Shown here in pieces: positions 10,094 to 19,496 of a DNA stretch of 64,000 nt. Every line of letters begins with the position of its first letter. Position 1 is the first letter of the stretch. Below the pieces are notes generated by a model, which searched no databases, was not told the origin of the DNA, and saw nothing but the letters and a program-made list of their open reading frames with translations. A program made the translations under genes and the position numbers. Location of the stretch: sequence record MK327944.1; one strand, 5' to 3'. The stretch comes from Escherichia phage vB_EcoM_G2540-3.

Positions 10094-10117
10094 TAGAAAG
10101 AAAGGCCCAGAGGGCCC
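10094..10117 (-). terminator. Terminator-like hairpin downstream of nrdH
   Basis: GGGCC-CUCU-GGCCC followed by U-rich UUUCUUUCUA on minus strand. Confidence 0.4.
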
Positions 10118-10120
10118 GTC

Positions 10121-10573
10121 TTAATCTTCTATGATATCTCTATCATATCCAAGTGAAATGAGAGTTTCTTTGAAGTGTTTAATGTTCTTTTGTCTAGAAT
10201 CATTAATGAAAATGACTGGATAACGAATGTTAAGAGATGTGAATCCAGCGCGTTTAGCAAGAGATACAATCAGTGGACGATCATACTCAATCTTACCGTT
10301 ATTTGTAAGAACTTTATAGAAAGTAAAAGGAGCATTGAGCTCCTTTAGAAGTTTTGTAACTGATTGACATCCAGGACAACGACCTACTTCATCTGGAATT
10401 CCATAGACTTCAATCTTATTCTTTAAGTTCGAGTTTTGTTCCACGAGAAATAATTCCTTGGTAAGCCCAATAAGGAGGATTAACAGAATCATCACCAGAA
10501 TTTTCTTCAGGGAAATAAACCTGGATAACGAAGCCGGATTCATCAAAGGTAAAATAAACCGTAGGCAGTTCAC
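10121..10573 (-). CDS. nrdH: Glutaredoxin/NrdH-like redoxin (CPGC motif); true start probably well inside this ORF
   Basis: Thioredoxin-fold signature KIEVYG...CPGCQ; first ~50 codons overlap upstream ORF and look untranslated; synteny next to nrdG. Confidence 0.5.
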   Translation of the reverse strand: MNCLRFILPLMNPASLSRFISLKKILVMILLILLIGLTKELFLVEQNSNLKNKIEVYGIPDEVGRCPGCQSVTKLLKELNAPFTFYKVLTNNGKIEYDRPLIVSLAKRAGFTSLNIRYPVIFINDSRQKNIKHFKETLISLGYDRDIIED

Positions 10574-10727
10574 CTAACAAATCGGCACGAGCATTAATTT
10601 CTTCGAGATCTCGTTCACGTCCAGCCCAAAAACTAGGATTTAGACTACATTCGTAAAAATAATAGTCATTACCGAACATATCAAACCCCTTCCAACTCTC
10701 TACCACATACTGCTCAAAACTAATCAT
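10416..10727 (-). CDS. Hypothetical protein, 103 aa
   Basis: ORF between nrdG and nrdH. Confidence 0.4.
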   Translation of the reverse strand: MISFEQYVVESWKGFDMFGNDYYFYECSLNPSFWAGRERDLEEINARADLLGELPTVYFTFDESGFVIQVYFPEENSGDDSVNPPYWAYQGIISRGTKLELKE

Positions 10728-10729
10728 AA

Positions 10730-10969
10730 TTAAGCCTTTTTATCAAGAACAGCATTCAGCTTGTTAGTAATTTTATCCAGACGCTCATTGAATTCGCTAG
10801 AAGATAAGCCTTTTTCTGGAGAAATCAAACTAATCACGAAAAATATAGCAATAAAAGGAATAAGGAAAATAGCTCCAACTGCCATAAACAAAAAGAACGT
10901 TACGGTTGTAAGAAAATCAGCTAAACCTTTACGAAATTTATACATATTTACCCTTAATTGATTAACCAA
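10730..10969 (-). CDS. Small membrane protein, 79 aa
   Basis: One long hydrophobic span (FLTTVTFFLFMAVGAIFLIPFIAIFFVISLI). Confidence 0.4.
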   Translation of the reverse strand: MVNQLRVNMYKFRKGLADFLTTVTFFLFMAVGAIFLIPFIAIFFVISLISPEKGLSSSEFNERLDKITNKLNAVLDKKA

Positions 10970-11059
10970 GCATTGATAAGCACTAAACTGTATTGCGAAT
11001 AAAATTCTGGACCAAAATGAAAAATCATATCATTTATAGTGTCCATAATATAATTCAAT

Positions 11060-11530
11060 TTAATCATGTTTCCACACCCCATCGGTATTTGACCAAAGTC
11101 GCTGATTATCTGATCCTCGCCACAGCTTTTTAGTCGGAAGATTTTTCTCATACTTCCCATCAATAATAACATCAACATATTTAAGCATTTCTAGTTGTTT
11201 AATATCTTCAAACTTATATCCTGTCCACAACCAGATATCTTTCTCCGGAAATCTTGCTTTAACCCAAGAAACTAAATTTGAAATCTCTTCTCGGTTCTGT
11301 GGATAAAGTGGGTCACCACCGGTTAAGGTAAGGCCTTGGATATACGATTTGCTTAAATGGGACGCAAGTTCTTTAACGGTATTCATAGTGAATAACTGTC
11401 CGTTACGAGCATTCCAAGTACTACGATTATAACAACCTTCGCATTTATGCAAACATCCAGTGACGAAGAGAACGACCCTACATCCAGGGCCGTTAACGAA
11501 ATCGCATGGATAAATTCTATCATAATTCAT
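11060..11530 (-). CDS. nrdG: Anaerobic ribonucleotide reductase activating protein NrdG (radical SAM), 156 aa
   Basis: Start at MNYDRIYPCDFVNGPG (same N-terminal pattern as E. coli NrdG MNYHQYYPVDIVNGPG); CxxxCxxC radical-SAM cluster motif CLHKCEGC; GGDP motif. Confidence 0.85.
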   Translation of the reverse strand: MNYDRIYPCDFVNGPGCRVVLFVTGCLHKCEGCYNRSTWNARNGQLFTMNTVKELASHLSKSYIQGLTLTGGDPLYPQNREEISNLVSWVKARFPEKDIWLWTGYKFEDIKQLEMLKYVDVIIDGKYEKNLPTKKLWRGSDNQRLWSNTDGVWKHD

Positions 11531-12152
11531 CTTTATATTTCCAAGTATATCCCTTATGAATAGATTGAATTCCTTTGCAACATTTATAAACAGCAGAATG
11601 AAAAAATCCTGCATTTCTTATTTCAGTTGCTCCAGTTAGTTCTATTGTATTTCCGTCTGGTGAATAGCCAATAACCGTTTTGGTGTTAAAGCGATTTCTA
11701 GAACTATTTTTGATATGCTCTTTATGATTAGTAGACAAAGTTCTTCCTGTTAGCCCATCAGATATCCTTTTTCCAAAATCATCAGGAAGAGTTACTTTAG
11801 ACCTAGCTATGCTCATTAGCTTCTTAGTTTTATCGCTTCTTTTTGCGCCACGCTGATTTTCAAATTTCTTAGCTTTTGCATACGCGTATTGTGAAGAAGT
11901 AACTTTTCTATGCTTACTATTACTCATTATCCAATATGCATCATACATCTTTCCACCATATATTTTAGCCAATAAATGGTGAGCAGTATAGTGGGCCTTA
12001 TAAGTTAAAAATACTAAGTTGTCTAAATCATCTGAACCACCCATACTTCTTGGAATTATATGATGAAGTTCATACCCGGCTTTAGTTTGACGGGGCTTAG
12101 ATGGGTGTTCAGCAGAATTAACTAGATTTGAATAGATTCTGTCATAATTCAT
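11520..12152 (-). CDS. HNH homing endonuclease-like protein (Mob family-like), 210 aa
   Basis: HHIIPRSMGGSDDLDNLVFLTYKAHYTAHHLL motif block shared with the other Mob-like ORFs in this window; sits between nrdD and nrdG, overlapping nrdG start. Confidence 0.7.
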   Translation of the reverse strand: MNYDRIYSNLVNSAEHPSKPRQTKAGYELHHIIPRSMGGSDDLDNLVFLTYKAHYTAHHLLAKIYGGKMYDAYWIMSNSKHRKVTSSQYAYAKAKKFENQRGAKRSDKTKKLMSIARSKVTLPDDFGKRISDGLTGRTLSTNHKEHIKNSSRNRFNTKTVIGYSPDGNTIELTGATEIRNAGFFHSAVYKCCKGIQSIHKGYTWKYKDEL

Positions 12153-13966
12153 TGGTGTTTAACCCTATGCATGATTTCTTTGTTTTTACCGAGATTAAAT
12201 CCGCGTTCGTTCGGATTTCCCAAATAACCACATGTTCTTCTTATTGTGTTCATCTTTTTAGGATCAGTTTCTCCACAAATAGAACAAACAAATCCGTTTT
12301 CAGTAGGAGTCATTTCATGGGTACTTCCACATGTAAAACATTTATCTACTGGCATATTAACACCAAAATAATCTAAATGTTGTGCAGCATAATCCCATAC
12401 AGCCTCAAGACCCTTTAAGTTATTTTTCATATCAGGAAGTTCAACATAAGAAATGTGACCACCTGTCGCAATGAAATGATATGGCGCTTCACGAGAAATC
12501 TTTTCAAACGGAGTAATATTTTCTTCTACTGAAACATGGAAACTATTAGTGTACCAGCCTTTATCGGTAACATCTTTTACACTTCCATATTTTTCTGTAT
12601 CAAGTTTACAGAAGCGATAACAAAGGTTTTCAGCAGGAGTCGAATATAAACTAAAAGCAAATCCGGTTCTTTCAGTCCACTGTTTAAGATGAGCATTCAT
12701 TTTAGTTAAAATTTCTTGTCCAATATCACGACCGACAAGAATATTCAATTCGTGAATACCAATGTATCCTAAAGACACTGAACTTCTACCGTTTTTAAAT
12801 AACTCAATTATGTCGTCATCAGGTTTAAGACGAACCCCGAATGCACCTTCTTGGTAAAGAATAGGAGCAACAGTCGCTTTAACTCCTTTTAAGGAACTAA
12901 TTCTACACATCAAAGCTTCAAAACATAAATCCATTCGTTCATTAAATAGCTCAACAAATTTCTGTTCATTGAATTGTGTTCCAATATAAGAATCTAACGC
13001 GATGCGAGGAAGATTCAGTGTTACAACACCAAGATTATTACGTCCATCAAGAATTTCATTACCAGTCGAATCTTTCCATACGCTCAAGAAACTACGGCAA
13101 CCCATCGGAGAAACAGGAACTGAAGAACCGGTAATAGCTTTATTGTTCTTAGCTGAAATAATGTCAGGATACATTCTTTTGCTTGCGCACTCTAGAGCAA
13201 GCTGTTTAATATCATAGTTCGGATCGTCTTTATAAAGATTAACACCTTCTTCAACGAACATAACAAGCTTAGGGAAAATAGGAGTTATCCCGTCACGACC
13301 AAGACCTTTAATACGATTTTTCAGAATTGCTTTCTGAATCATTCGTTCAGTCCAGTCAGTTCCCGTACCAAATGTAATTGTTACAAAAGGCGTTTGTCCG
13401 TTTGAACTAAAGAGAGTATTTACTTCATATTCATAAGCTTGGAATGCATCGTATACGTCTTTTTCTGTTTTAGACTGGGCGTAATTCAACGCATCAGCGA
13501 TTTGCCATTTTTCTGCATCTTCAATATGTTTTGCATAGGTGCGTTTAACATAAGGAGAAAGTACTTTGTCTACATTCGCAAAAGTCGTTCCACCATATTG
13601 ATGGGAAGCAACCTGTGCAGTAATTTGTGCCATAATTGCAGTAGCAACACCGATTGATTTAGGAGTTTCAATCTGTGCATTACCAAGCTTAAATCCGTTC
13701 TCAAGCATTCCTTTTAAATCTACTAAACAGCAATTAGTAAATGGAAGAGCAGGGGAATAATCAATATCATGGAAATGGATAATTCCGCTTTCATGCGCTT
13801 TCATAATAAAAGACGGGACCATATTTTTGGCAATGTGTTTAGACACAATACCAGCCATAAGGTCCCGTTGAGTTGGAAAAACACGAGAATCTTTATTAGC
13901 ATTCTCGTTCAAAAGGTCTTTATTAGTTTTATGAATCAATCCTTCAATTTCTTTTTCAATTGTCAT
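12149..13966 (-). CDS. nrdD: Anaerobic ribonucleoside-triphosphate reductase NrdD, 605 aa, uninterrupted
   Basis: 605 aa; C-terminal Zn-ribbon CFTCGSTHE...CSICGETD and glycyl-radical motif RRTCGYLG; single continuous ORF (no intron). Confidence 0.9.
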   Translation of the reverse strand: MTIEKEIEGLIHKTNKDLLNENANKDSRVFPTQRDLMAGIVSKHIAKNMVPSFIMKAHESGIIHFHDIDYSPALPFTNCCLVDLKGMLENGFKLGNAQIETPKSIGVATAIMAQITAQVASHQYGGTTFANVDKVLSPYVKRTYAKHIEDAEKWQIADALNYAQSKTEKDVYDAFQAYEYEVNTLFSSNGQTPFVTITFGTGTDWTERMIQKAILKNRIKGLGRDGITPIFPKLVMFVEEGVNLYKDDPNYDIKQLALECASKRMYPDIISAKNNKAITGSSVPVSPMGCRSFLSVWKDSTGNEILDGRNNLGVVTLNLPRIALDSYIGTQFNEQKFVELFNERMDLCFEALMCRISSLKGVKATVAPILYQEGAFGVRLKPDDDIIELFKNGRSSVSLGYIGIHELNILVGRDIGQEILTKMNAHLKQWTERTGFAFSLYSTPAENLCYRFCKLDTEKYGSVKDVTDKGWYTNSFHVSVEENITPFEKISREAPYHFIATGGHISYVELPDMKNNLKGLEAVWDYAAQHLDYFGVNMPVDKCFTCGSTHEMTPTENGFVCSICGETDPKKMNTIRRTCGYLGNPNERGFNLGKNKEIMHRVKHQ

Positions 13967-14436
13967 TTTAAACTCTTTCTAAGCTGCTTCTTAAATGAAG
14001 CTATTAACTGTGTTTTGGTGTCAGATTCATTATATTCAAATCCTCTTTGAAGCATCTCGGCCATCATTTCCTCTTTTCCTAAACGAGAAAATTCCTTTGA
14101 TTTATCTCCAACAAAGTTAGGGTGAATATTATTTTGGGTGTAATCGGATTTTAAATAAGTAAGTAAATTTTCTAACCATTCAAGATAATCAACCCCTTGT
14201 CCCTTTAAGCCAGAACGATTAAATTTGTGCTTCATTTGACCTTCTGCGGCATTGCAGAGATTACAAAGCAATCCACGCACCTTTCCTGCTTTTGGTCCAT
14301 TTAATTCATGGTCATGGTCGAGGTGATTAGCTTGAACATCAGGATTTAGTTCTCGTTGGCAAATTAAGCATTTACCGTTTTGTGCATCATAAAATTTCTG
14401 TTTTTCTTCTTTATATAATTTGCCAGTCAATAACAT
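13963..14436 (-). CDS. 49: Endonuclease VII (Holliday junction resolvase) gp49, 157 aa
   Basis: 157 aa; CLICQ...HLDHDHELNG...CNLCN zinc/His-Cys box arrangement typical of T4 endo VII. Confidence 0.85.
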   Translation of the reverse strand: MLLTGKLYKEEKQKFYDAQNGKCLICQRELNPDVQANHLDHDHELNGPKAGKVRGLLCNLCNAAEGQMKHKFNRSGLKGQGVDYLEWLENLLTYLKSDYTQNNIHPNFVGDKSKEFSRLGKEEMMAEMLQRGFEYNESDTKTQLIASFKKQLRKSLK

Positions 14437-14477
14437 AATAAACCCTTACCTTAAATAGATAAGGGTATTTATTATTT

Positions 14478-14963
14478 TCAAGTATTGTAAAACATTTGAT
14501 TCAATCGCTTATATTGCCGAATCTTTTGGTCAGAAAAAGAAATTTGGGTTTCAAGCCATTCAATGTACTCTGCGGCAGCTTGCATTAAATTTCCTTCATA
14601 ACCATCGTTATTTTCTTGTGCAGCTAATTTAGCTAATGCGTATGAAATACGTTCACCTTGAAAATCAGCTTTAGGCTTCTGAACAACTTGATTAGTTCTC
14701 TCTACAACTTCTTCAATTTCGCCATTTTCTACTGATTCAGTATTCCACAAGCACCAATACGTAATTGGCTTATCGTAGATGTTAATAATCTTTCCATCAG
14801 AAAGTTCAATTTCAATAATTCCAGTATCAGGCTCTATATCATCTTCACATTCTTTTGCAAGTTCACGAACTTTAAAGACAGTACCTGCACTAAGTTCCGG
14901 CCAGTAATTACACAGCCCTGTATCAGCACGATTAATTCTAAACCACTTATCTACTGTAATCAT
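14478..14963 (-). CDS. pin: Pin-like protein (inhibitor of host Lon protease), 161 aa from MITVDKWF
   Basis: Synteny (between 49 and nrdC) and length 161 aa when started at second Met; no motif-level confirmation. Confidence 0.45.
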   Translation of the reverse strand: MITVDKWFRINRADTGLCNYWPELSAGTVFKVRELAKECEDDIEPDTGIIEIELSDGKIINIYDKPITYWCLWNTESVENGEIEEVVERTNQVVQKPKADFQGERISYALAKLAAQENNDGYEGNLMQAAAEYIEWLETQISFSDQKIRQYKRLNQMFYNT

Positions 14964-15086
14964 GTCCCATCTCCATATCAATTAAGTCATTTATCGTTGG
15001 TTCATTATATATTGTTTCTTCATCAGTGTAAACCGGTTCTTCCGGCTCTGGCTCTACAGTTTCCCATCTAGCCGCCCACCAAGGTT

Positions 15087-15407
15087 TTATAGCGTAATCC
15101 ATTCTCGTACTGTCTGAGTTACTACACGTTCATGGGGCTCGACTAGTTCAACAGTCGGAACTGCATAATACCAGTCAGAATGATAAGAACCTGACCGAGA
15201 TTCATTTACAGCCACATGTACATTATGTTTTGGACTAAAGTAAACACACTGACGATATTGACATTTACCATCTTGCACCCAGTCTTCTATTTCGACAGGT
15301 TTAAGATAATCGGAAAAATCGAAATCATAGTTTTCCGAAAATGCATCATGGTCTTCAATGATTTCGCTCAGAACTGCATCAACATCTAATTTATTTTCAA
15401 TAGTCAT
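15087..15407 (-). CDS. Hypothetical acidic protein, 106 aa
   Basis: ORF in 49-nrdC interval. Confidence 0.4.
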   Translation of the reverse strand: MTIENKLDVDAVLSEIIEDHDAFSENYDFDFSDYLKPVEIEDWVQDGKCQYRQCVYFSPKHNVHVAVNESRSGSYHSDWYYAVPTVELVEPHERVVTQTVREWITL

Positions 15408-15417
15408 TTTTCACCAA

Positions 15418-15627
15418 TTAATTTCGCAATTTATTAAGTTCTTCATCATCAATCCAGGATTCTAGTCCTGATGGCAGGTCACATTCAATTTCCCAAAGAA
15501 GTTCTTCAATTTTCTGAAGACGATCTAGTTCTTCGGCTGGAATAGTAACCATTGACGGAGCTCGTGATACATTAATATCGTAAATCATATTTACCCCAGT
15601 TTGACCATGCAATCGCCGTATTTCCAC
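15418..15627 (-). CDS. Hypothetical protein, 69 aa
   Basis: ORF in 49-nrdC interval. Confidence 0.4.
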   Translation of the reverse strand: MEIRRLHGQTGVNMIYDINVSRAPSMVTIPAEELDRLQKIEELLWEIECDLPSGLESWIDDEELNKLRN

Positions 15628-15806
15628 TTAGAAATAGACTTTTCGCCATTAGAATAATAAACTTCGAGTTTAGCACGATTATTTTTAATTTGAATAACCT
15701 TGGCTGTCATCAAAGTTCCATACCCATAATAAACTGCAACTTCATCACCTACATATACCGCGCTTCCGCGGTAATCATGAATATAGTCAGTTCCTTCGAG
15801 CATCAT
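15591..15806 (-). CDS. Hypothetical protein, 71 aa
   Basis: ORF with ATGA-type overlap to nrdC. Confidence 0.4.
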   Translation of the reverse strand: MMLEGTDYIHDYRGSAVYVGDEVAVYYGYGTLMTAKVIQIKNNRAKLEVYYSNGEKSISKWKYGDCMVKLG

Positions 15807-16066
15807 TTAAAATATTCTCGCAGTTGGTCAAATCCACCAATATGACTTCCATTAGGAGCAAATACCTGAGGCATTGTCAAGCCGATTTGAGTATCACGAC
15901 CTAGTTTAGTCAGAAGCTCAGCGATTTTCTCATCATCAAAAACACCTTTTTCCGGCATAATGTTGATAAATTCAAACGGCTGTTTCTTCACAGTCAAAAG
16001 ACGTTTTGCATTATCGCAATACACGCATTTATGAATGTTGCTATCATAACCATATACTTTAAACAT
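15803..16066 (-). CDS. nrdC: Phage glutaredoxin/thioredoxin NrdC, 87 aa
   Basis: 87 aa with CVYC active-site motif near N-terminus, as in T4 NrdC. Confidence 0.85.
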   Translation of the reverse strand: MFKVYGYDSNIHKCVYCDNAKRLLTVKKQPFEFINIMPEKGVFDDEKIAELLTKLGRDTQIGLTMPQVFAPNGSHIGGFDQLREYFK

Positions 16067-16067
16067 A

Positions 16068-16310
16068 TTATTCCTTAATTCCTAGTACTTGTTTAAAAGT
16101 CTCGTCGTAATCAAGACTTTGGCCCGTTTGTTCTTTATGTTTGTATATAATATCACTTACTTCTGATAGCATATTTTTATATGAACGAGTTAAAGCTGAT
16201 TTAAGCACGCTGTATCTATCAGGAAATTTACCATGTTCATTATAATAAGCTATTGCTAATTCACGGACTGCCTTTTCAGCAGTCTCCATATATTCTTTAC
16301 GCTTTGTCAT
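16068..16310 (-). CDS. Hypothetical protein (start assumed at MTKRKEY)
   Basis: ORF 16068-16451 on track; N-terminal part overlaps upstream zinc-ribbon ORF so internal start is more likely. Confidence 0.35.
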
Positions 16311-16611
16311 TTTCTTCTCGGTCAAATCGGTGTTTACAATGGCGACATTTATAACGAAGATTACTAGTCTGCCAATGGACCAATTGCACCTGTTCAGTTC
16401 CACATTCAGGGCAATTAGGAACGTTTTTAGAAGCACGTTCGCGGCGTTCAACCATGACCATTACAGAATCCCAATTAATAGGGCTGCTATAATCATCACA
16501 ACCATGAATCTTTCCACGCATTTCCAAATCGTCTTCTTCACCGGCCATAATAATTTTAATTAAACTGGAATTACTTGAAGCTGCAATGTCTTCTAATAGA
16601 CGCTTTTTCAT
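16297..16611 (-). CDS. Zinc-ribbon protein, 104 aa
   Basis: Two Cys pairs CPECG...CRHCKH. Confidence 0.45.
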
Positions 16612-17540
16612 TTCAATATCTCAATAGCATTACGTAAACCATTTGCTTTTGCATTAAGAGCTTTTAACAATTTGGTGTGTTCTGCAATTTGGGCTTCAAC
16701 TTCAATCAAACGAGCATTGAGATATTCGCGTTCTTCACTCAGATTATCAACCTTTTCTACTTTAGGCTCTTTTACAACTGTCTTATATGTATTAGGGTTC
16801 TTCAGTTTAATTAGAATGCGTGAACTGTATAACATTGAACCATTATCTTCGGTTTCGTCATACATTTCCACTACGTCCATAATTTTTAACATCATGCGGA
16901 GTTTATAAGACAACGAACGAATAGTTTTGTTGTGCTTATTAATTTCTTTAGCTGTCATGGTGCCAAGATTACGTGAGTAATAATAAGGAACCTGGATATT
17001 AATTAATACTGATGAACCACCTGGCTTGTGTGTTACTTCATCAGCAATAACCCAGTCCTTAACATGAACTGTATTTGTACGGTCATCGCCCGCGGTAAAT
17101 AGTTTGCGAGCATGCTTAAAAAGCATATTCACTTGGTCATTGAATTGACAAGCAAATTTATCAGCAAATTTAGTTTCAGGAATGGTAGAAAACCAATCAG
17201 CCAAATGAGTCTTTTTAACATCATTAACAATAGTAAATTCAACCAAATCGGTTATAGATGTCTCAGATTTAATGAAGCTCGGCTTCATAAAGTTTTTAAT
17301 GTTCTCATGAGCTACAGTAGAAGATAACATACGAGAACGTTTAAACCATTCAAGCAAATTGCCTAACGAATGAGAATAAGCGTTTTGAGTATCTTTACAG
17401 ATATGATTTTCCTGACCAACATATTGAAGGAAATCACGAAGAATATTATTATTGATTACTGCCCTGTGTCCTATCTGATAATTACGATGTTTAGTAATAA
17501 GACTGTCAAAATAATCAATATAATGTTTACGAGTTTTCAT
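16608..17540 (-). CDS. Hypothetical protein, 310 aa, C-terminal coiled coil
   Basis: Long ORF with SD and 4-nt overlaps to neighbours. Confidence 0.5.
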   Translation of the reverse strand: MKTRKHYIDYFDSLITKHRNYQIGHRAVINNNILRDFLQYVGQENHICKDTQNAYSHSLGNLLEWFKRSRMLSSTVAHENIKNFMKPSFIKSETSITDLVEFTIVNDVKKTHLADWFSTIPETKFADKFACQFNDQVNMLFKHARKLFTAGDDRTNTVHVKDWVIADEVTHKPGGSSVLINIQVPYYYSRNLGTMTAKEINKHNKTIRSLSYKLRMMLKIMDVVEMYDETEDNGSMLYSSRILIKLKNPNTYKTVVKEPKVEKVDNLSEEREYLNARLIEVEAQIAEHTKLLKALNAKANGLRNAIEILK

Positions 17541-17548
17541 GGTGTTCC

Positions 17549-18460
17549 TTAAGATTTAAGTAAATCAACAATTTTAATTAACTTTTCACGCTCAGATTTA
17601 GCTTTACTACTCAGTCCAGATAGTCTGAAAATTTCATCATCATATTGTTGAATAGAAATATTCAGCTCTTCAATCTGTTTATTAAAATAATCAATTTGTT
17701 CAGAATGTTTTTCGTTACTACGAACTGATACAGGTTTTGTAGGCAATTTAGTTGAACTAGATTCATCCGGGCGATAAATTAAAATACAACTTGAACCAAT
17801 TGGACATTTTGCACCAGATGAATATTCTAATGTTCCGGCTTCTTTTAAAACTTCAAAAGCTAAACAGAGATGATGCCCCATATTAACATAATCAGTAGAG
17901 CGAGCTCTGATGTAATAATCATCTCCGCGAATACTAAATTTAAAGCATTTAAGGTCTTCTGTATTATTGGTCTTAAAAATCATTTGTTTATTTAGACCTT
18001 TAGCTAATCGAGCGCCTAATGCTAATAATCGTCGTTGATTTTCCCACAAATCTGCGATCATTTGGTCAAATGATAATTTCGGCATTAGTCGACCATAAAG
18101 GTCATATCCTTTATTATAATTACGAAGGATTTCACTCGCATTAATACGAGACAATGCTCCAATTTTATTAAGGGCTTTCATAATGCGATTAGATAAACTC
18201 ATTCCAGATCCGTTTGTTCGCTGCAAATGTTTTTCTAATCCAAATCCAATATCAACTTTAAACTTATCTAAAATTTCTGCATGAACATCTCTGTCAATAA
18301 CATTCAAATCCAAAGTTGAGTTAAATCTATGAAAAAATTTATCTGGCTCTGCACTGCGAAATACAGTCCATTCATTCATCATTTTTTTATTAACTAAAGA
18401 TTTAATTACTGCATTGACATTATTAATTACTACTGACATATTTTCCTCACTCAATTTCAA
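17549..18460 (-). CDS. Hypothetical protein, 303 aa, C-terminal coiled coil
   Basis: Long ORF in same array. Confidence 0.5.
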   Translation of the reverse strand: MKLSEENMSVVINNVNAVIKSLVNKKMMNEWTVFRSAEPDKFFHRFNSTLDLNVIDRDVHAEILDKFKVDIGFGLEKHLQRTNGSGMSLSNRIMKALNKIGALSRINASEILRNYNKGYDLYGRLMPKLSFDQMIADLWENQRRLLALGARLAKGLNKQMIFKTNNTEDLKCFKFSIRGDDYYIRARSTDYVNMGHHLCLAFEVLKEAGTLEYSSGAKCPIGSSCILIYRPDESSSTKLPTKPVSVRSNEKHSEQIDYFNKQIEELNISIQQYDDEIFRLSGLSSKAKSEREKLIKIVDLLKS

Positions 18461-18854
18461 TTTTACTAAATATACAGAATAAGATGGAACAGACTATATA
18501 AGCACCACACACAGATTGAACTAATACCATTCCAAAGAACCAAATAATATTATCAAACAGTGTCTGTTTTACGTCGAAAGGACGTAAACTTACAGTAATA
18601 TTATCACCTTTTTCTATTGAAGAATACATCTCTGGGGAAATATATTCACTAAATCTATAACCGTCTTTGAGTTCATATACGGCAATAAACGATAAACTAG
18701 ACCCCTTTCCTTGAGTTCCTGCAAGGGTATTAACTACAGTAACATCATAATCTTTATAATGCATATAATCATTAATAGCATAATAACCATATGCAATTAC
18801 TATACATAAACAACATATCAATAAATTCAATCTTTTAATTATCAACTGTTTCAT
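18447..18854 (-). CDS. Membrane protein, 135 aa
   Basis: Hydrophobic spans at N-terminus and C-terminus. Confidence 0.45.
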   Translation of the reverse strand: MKQLIIKRLNLLICCLCIVIAYGYYAINDYMHYKDYDVTVVNTLAGTQGKGSSLSFIAVYELKDGYRFSEYISPEMYSSIEKGDNITVSLRPFDVKQTLFDNIIWFFGMVLVQSVCGAYIVCSILFCIFSKIEIE

Positions 18855-18909
18855 AATAATCTCAATTAAAAGGGCTTAGAACCATTATACCATCCTTGGT
18901 ATAAAGCAG

Positions 18910-19437
18910 TTATGCGAGTACCGTCTTTAACCGTTCTTCAAACTTCCGAAGAGTATTCTGGCGTTCAGCTCTTTGCTTTTTGTAAGTTTCAATACGTTCT
19001 GAAATGAGAGTGTATCGTTCATTTACTGATTCTTTCATAAAATCAGGAATTTCACGAGAAGCTTTAATCTCGTCAAATTTATCAATAACAGCTTGCTCTT
19101 CAGCAATTAAGTTATCATACATCAAAATATCTTTCTTGATGAACTCAATATCTTCTTGAGTTACACGAGATAATTTAGATGCTTTATCCTTTTTGTACTG
19201 TTCGTTAGTATCACGAGACCAGTGTAATGTACGATTTTTATTCGTATTCTTGTAAATTTCTACAATACCAATCTCATCAATAATAACGATCCAATTCCAA
19301 CGAGATTTGTAAATTTGCCCTCCGTCAACCGTGATTTCACCTCCGATTGAGATGTCATTAAAGAACTTGCTTTGTGCTTCAGATTTAAATTTACCATCGT
19401 TGTAATTTACCGGGTTGAAAATATCTTTAGCGTTCAT
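18910..19437 (-). CDS. Hypothetical protein, 175 aa
   Basis: ORF with SD GGAGGA; early promoter cassette directly upstream. Confidence 0.5.
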   Translation of the reverse strand: MNAKDIFNPVNYNDGKFKSEAQSKFFNDISIGGEITVDGGQIYKSRWNWIVIIDEIGIVEIYKNTNKNRTLHWSRDTNEQYKKDKASKLSRVTQEDIEFIKKDILMYDNLIAEEQAVIDKFDEIKASREIPDFMKESVNERYTLISERIETYKKQRAERQNTLRKFEERLKTVLA

Positions 19438-19464
19438 TTGTGTTCCTCCGTAGTTGATAGTTGT

Positions 19465-19494
19465 ATAGTACCACAGAGGAACAGTCTTGTAAAC
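19465..19494 (-). promoter_or_regulatory. T4-type early promoter cassette
   Basis: Minus strand GTTTACA-17 nt-TACTAT followed by conserved ACAACTATCAACT leader. Confidence 0.55.
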
Positions 19495-19496
19495 AA

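Noticed and set aside
10121-10573. Full-length 150-aa translation of the nrdH-like ORF
   Set aside because: The first about 50 codons overlap the upstream gene and are hydrophobic and low-complexity; probably not translated.
12149-13966. Group I intron with endonuclease ORF inside nrdD
   Set aside because: nrdD is one uninterrupted 605-codon ORF; no intron-sized interruption or internal ORF.
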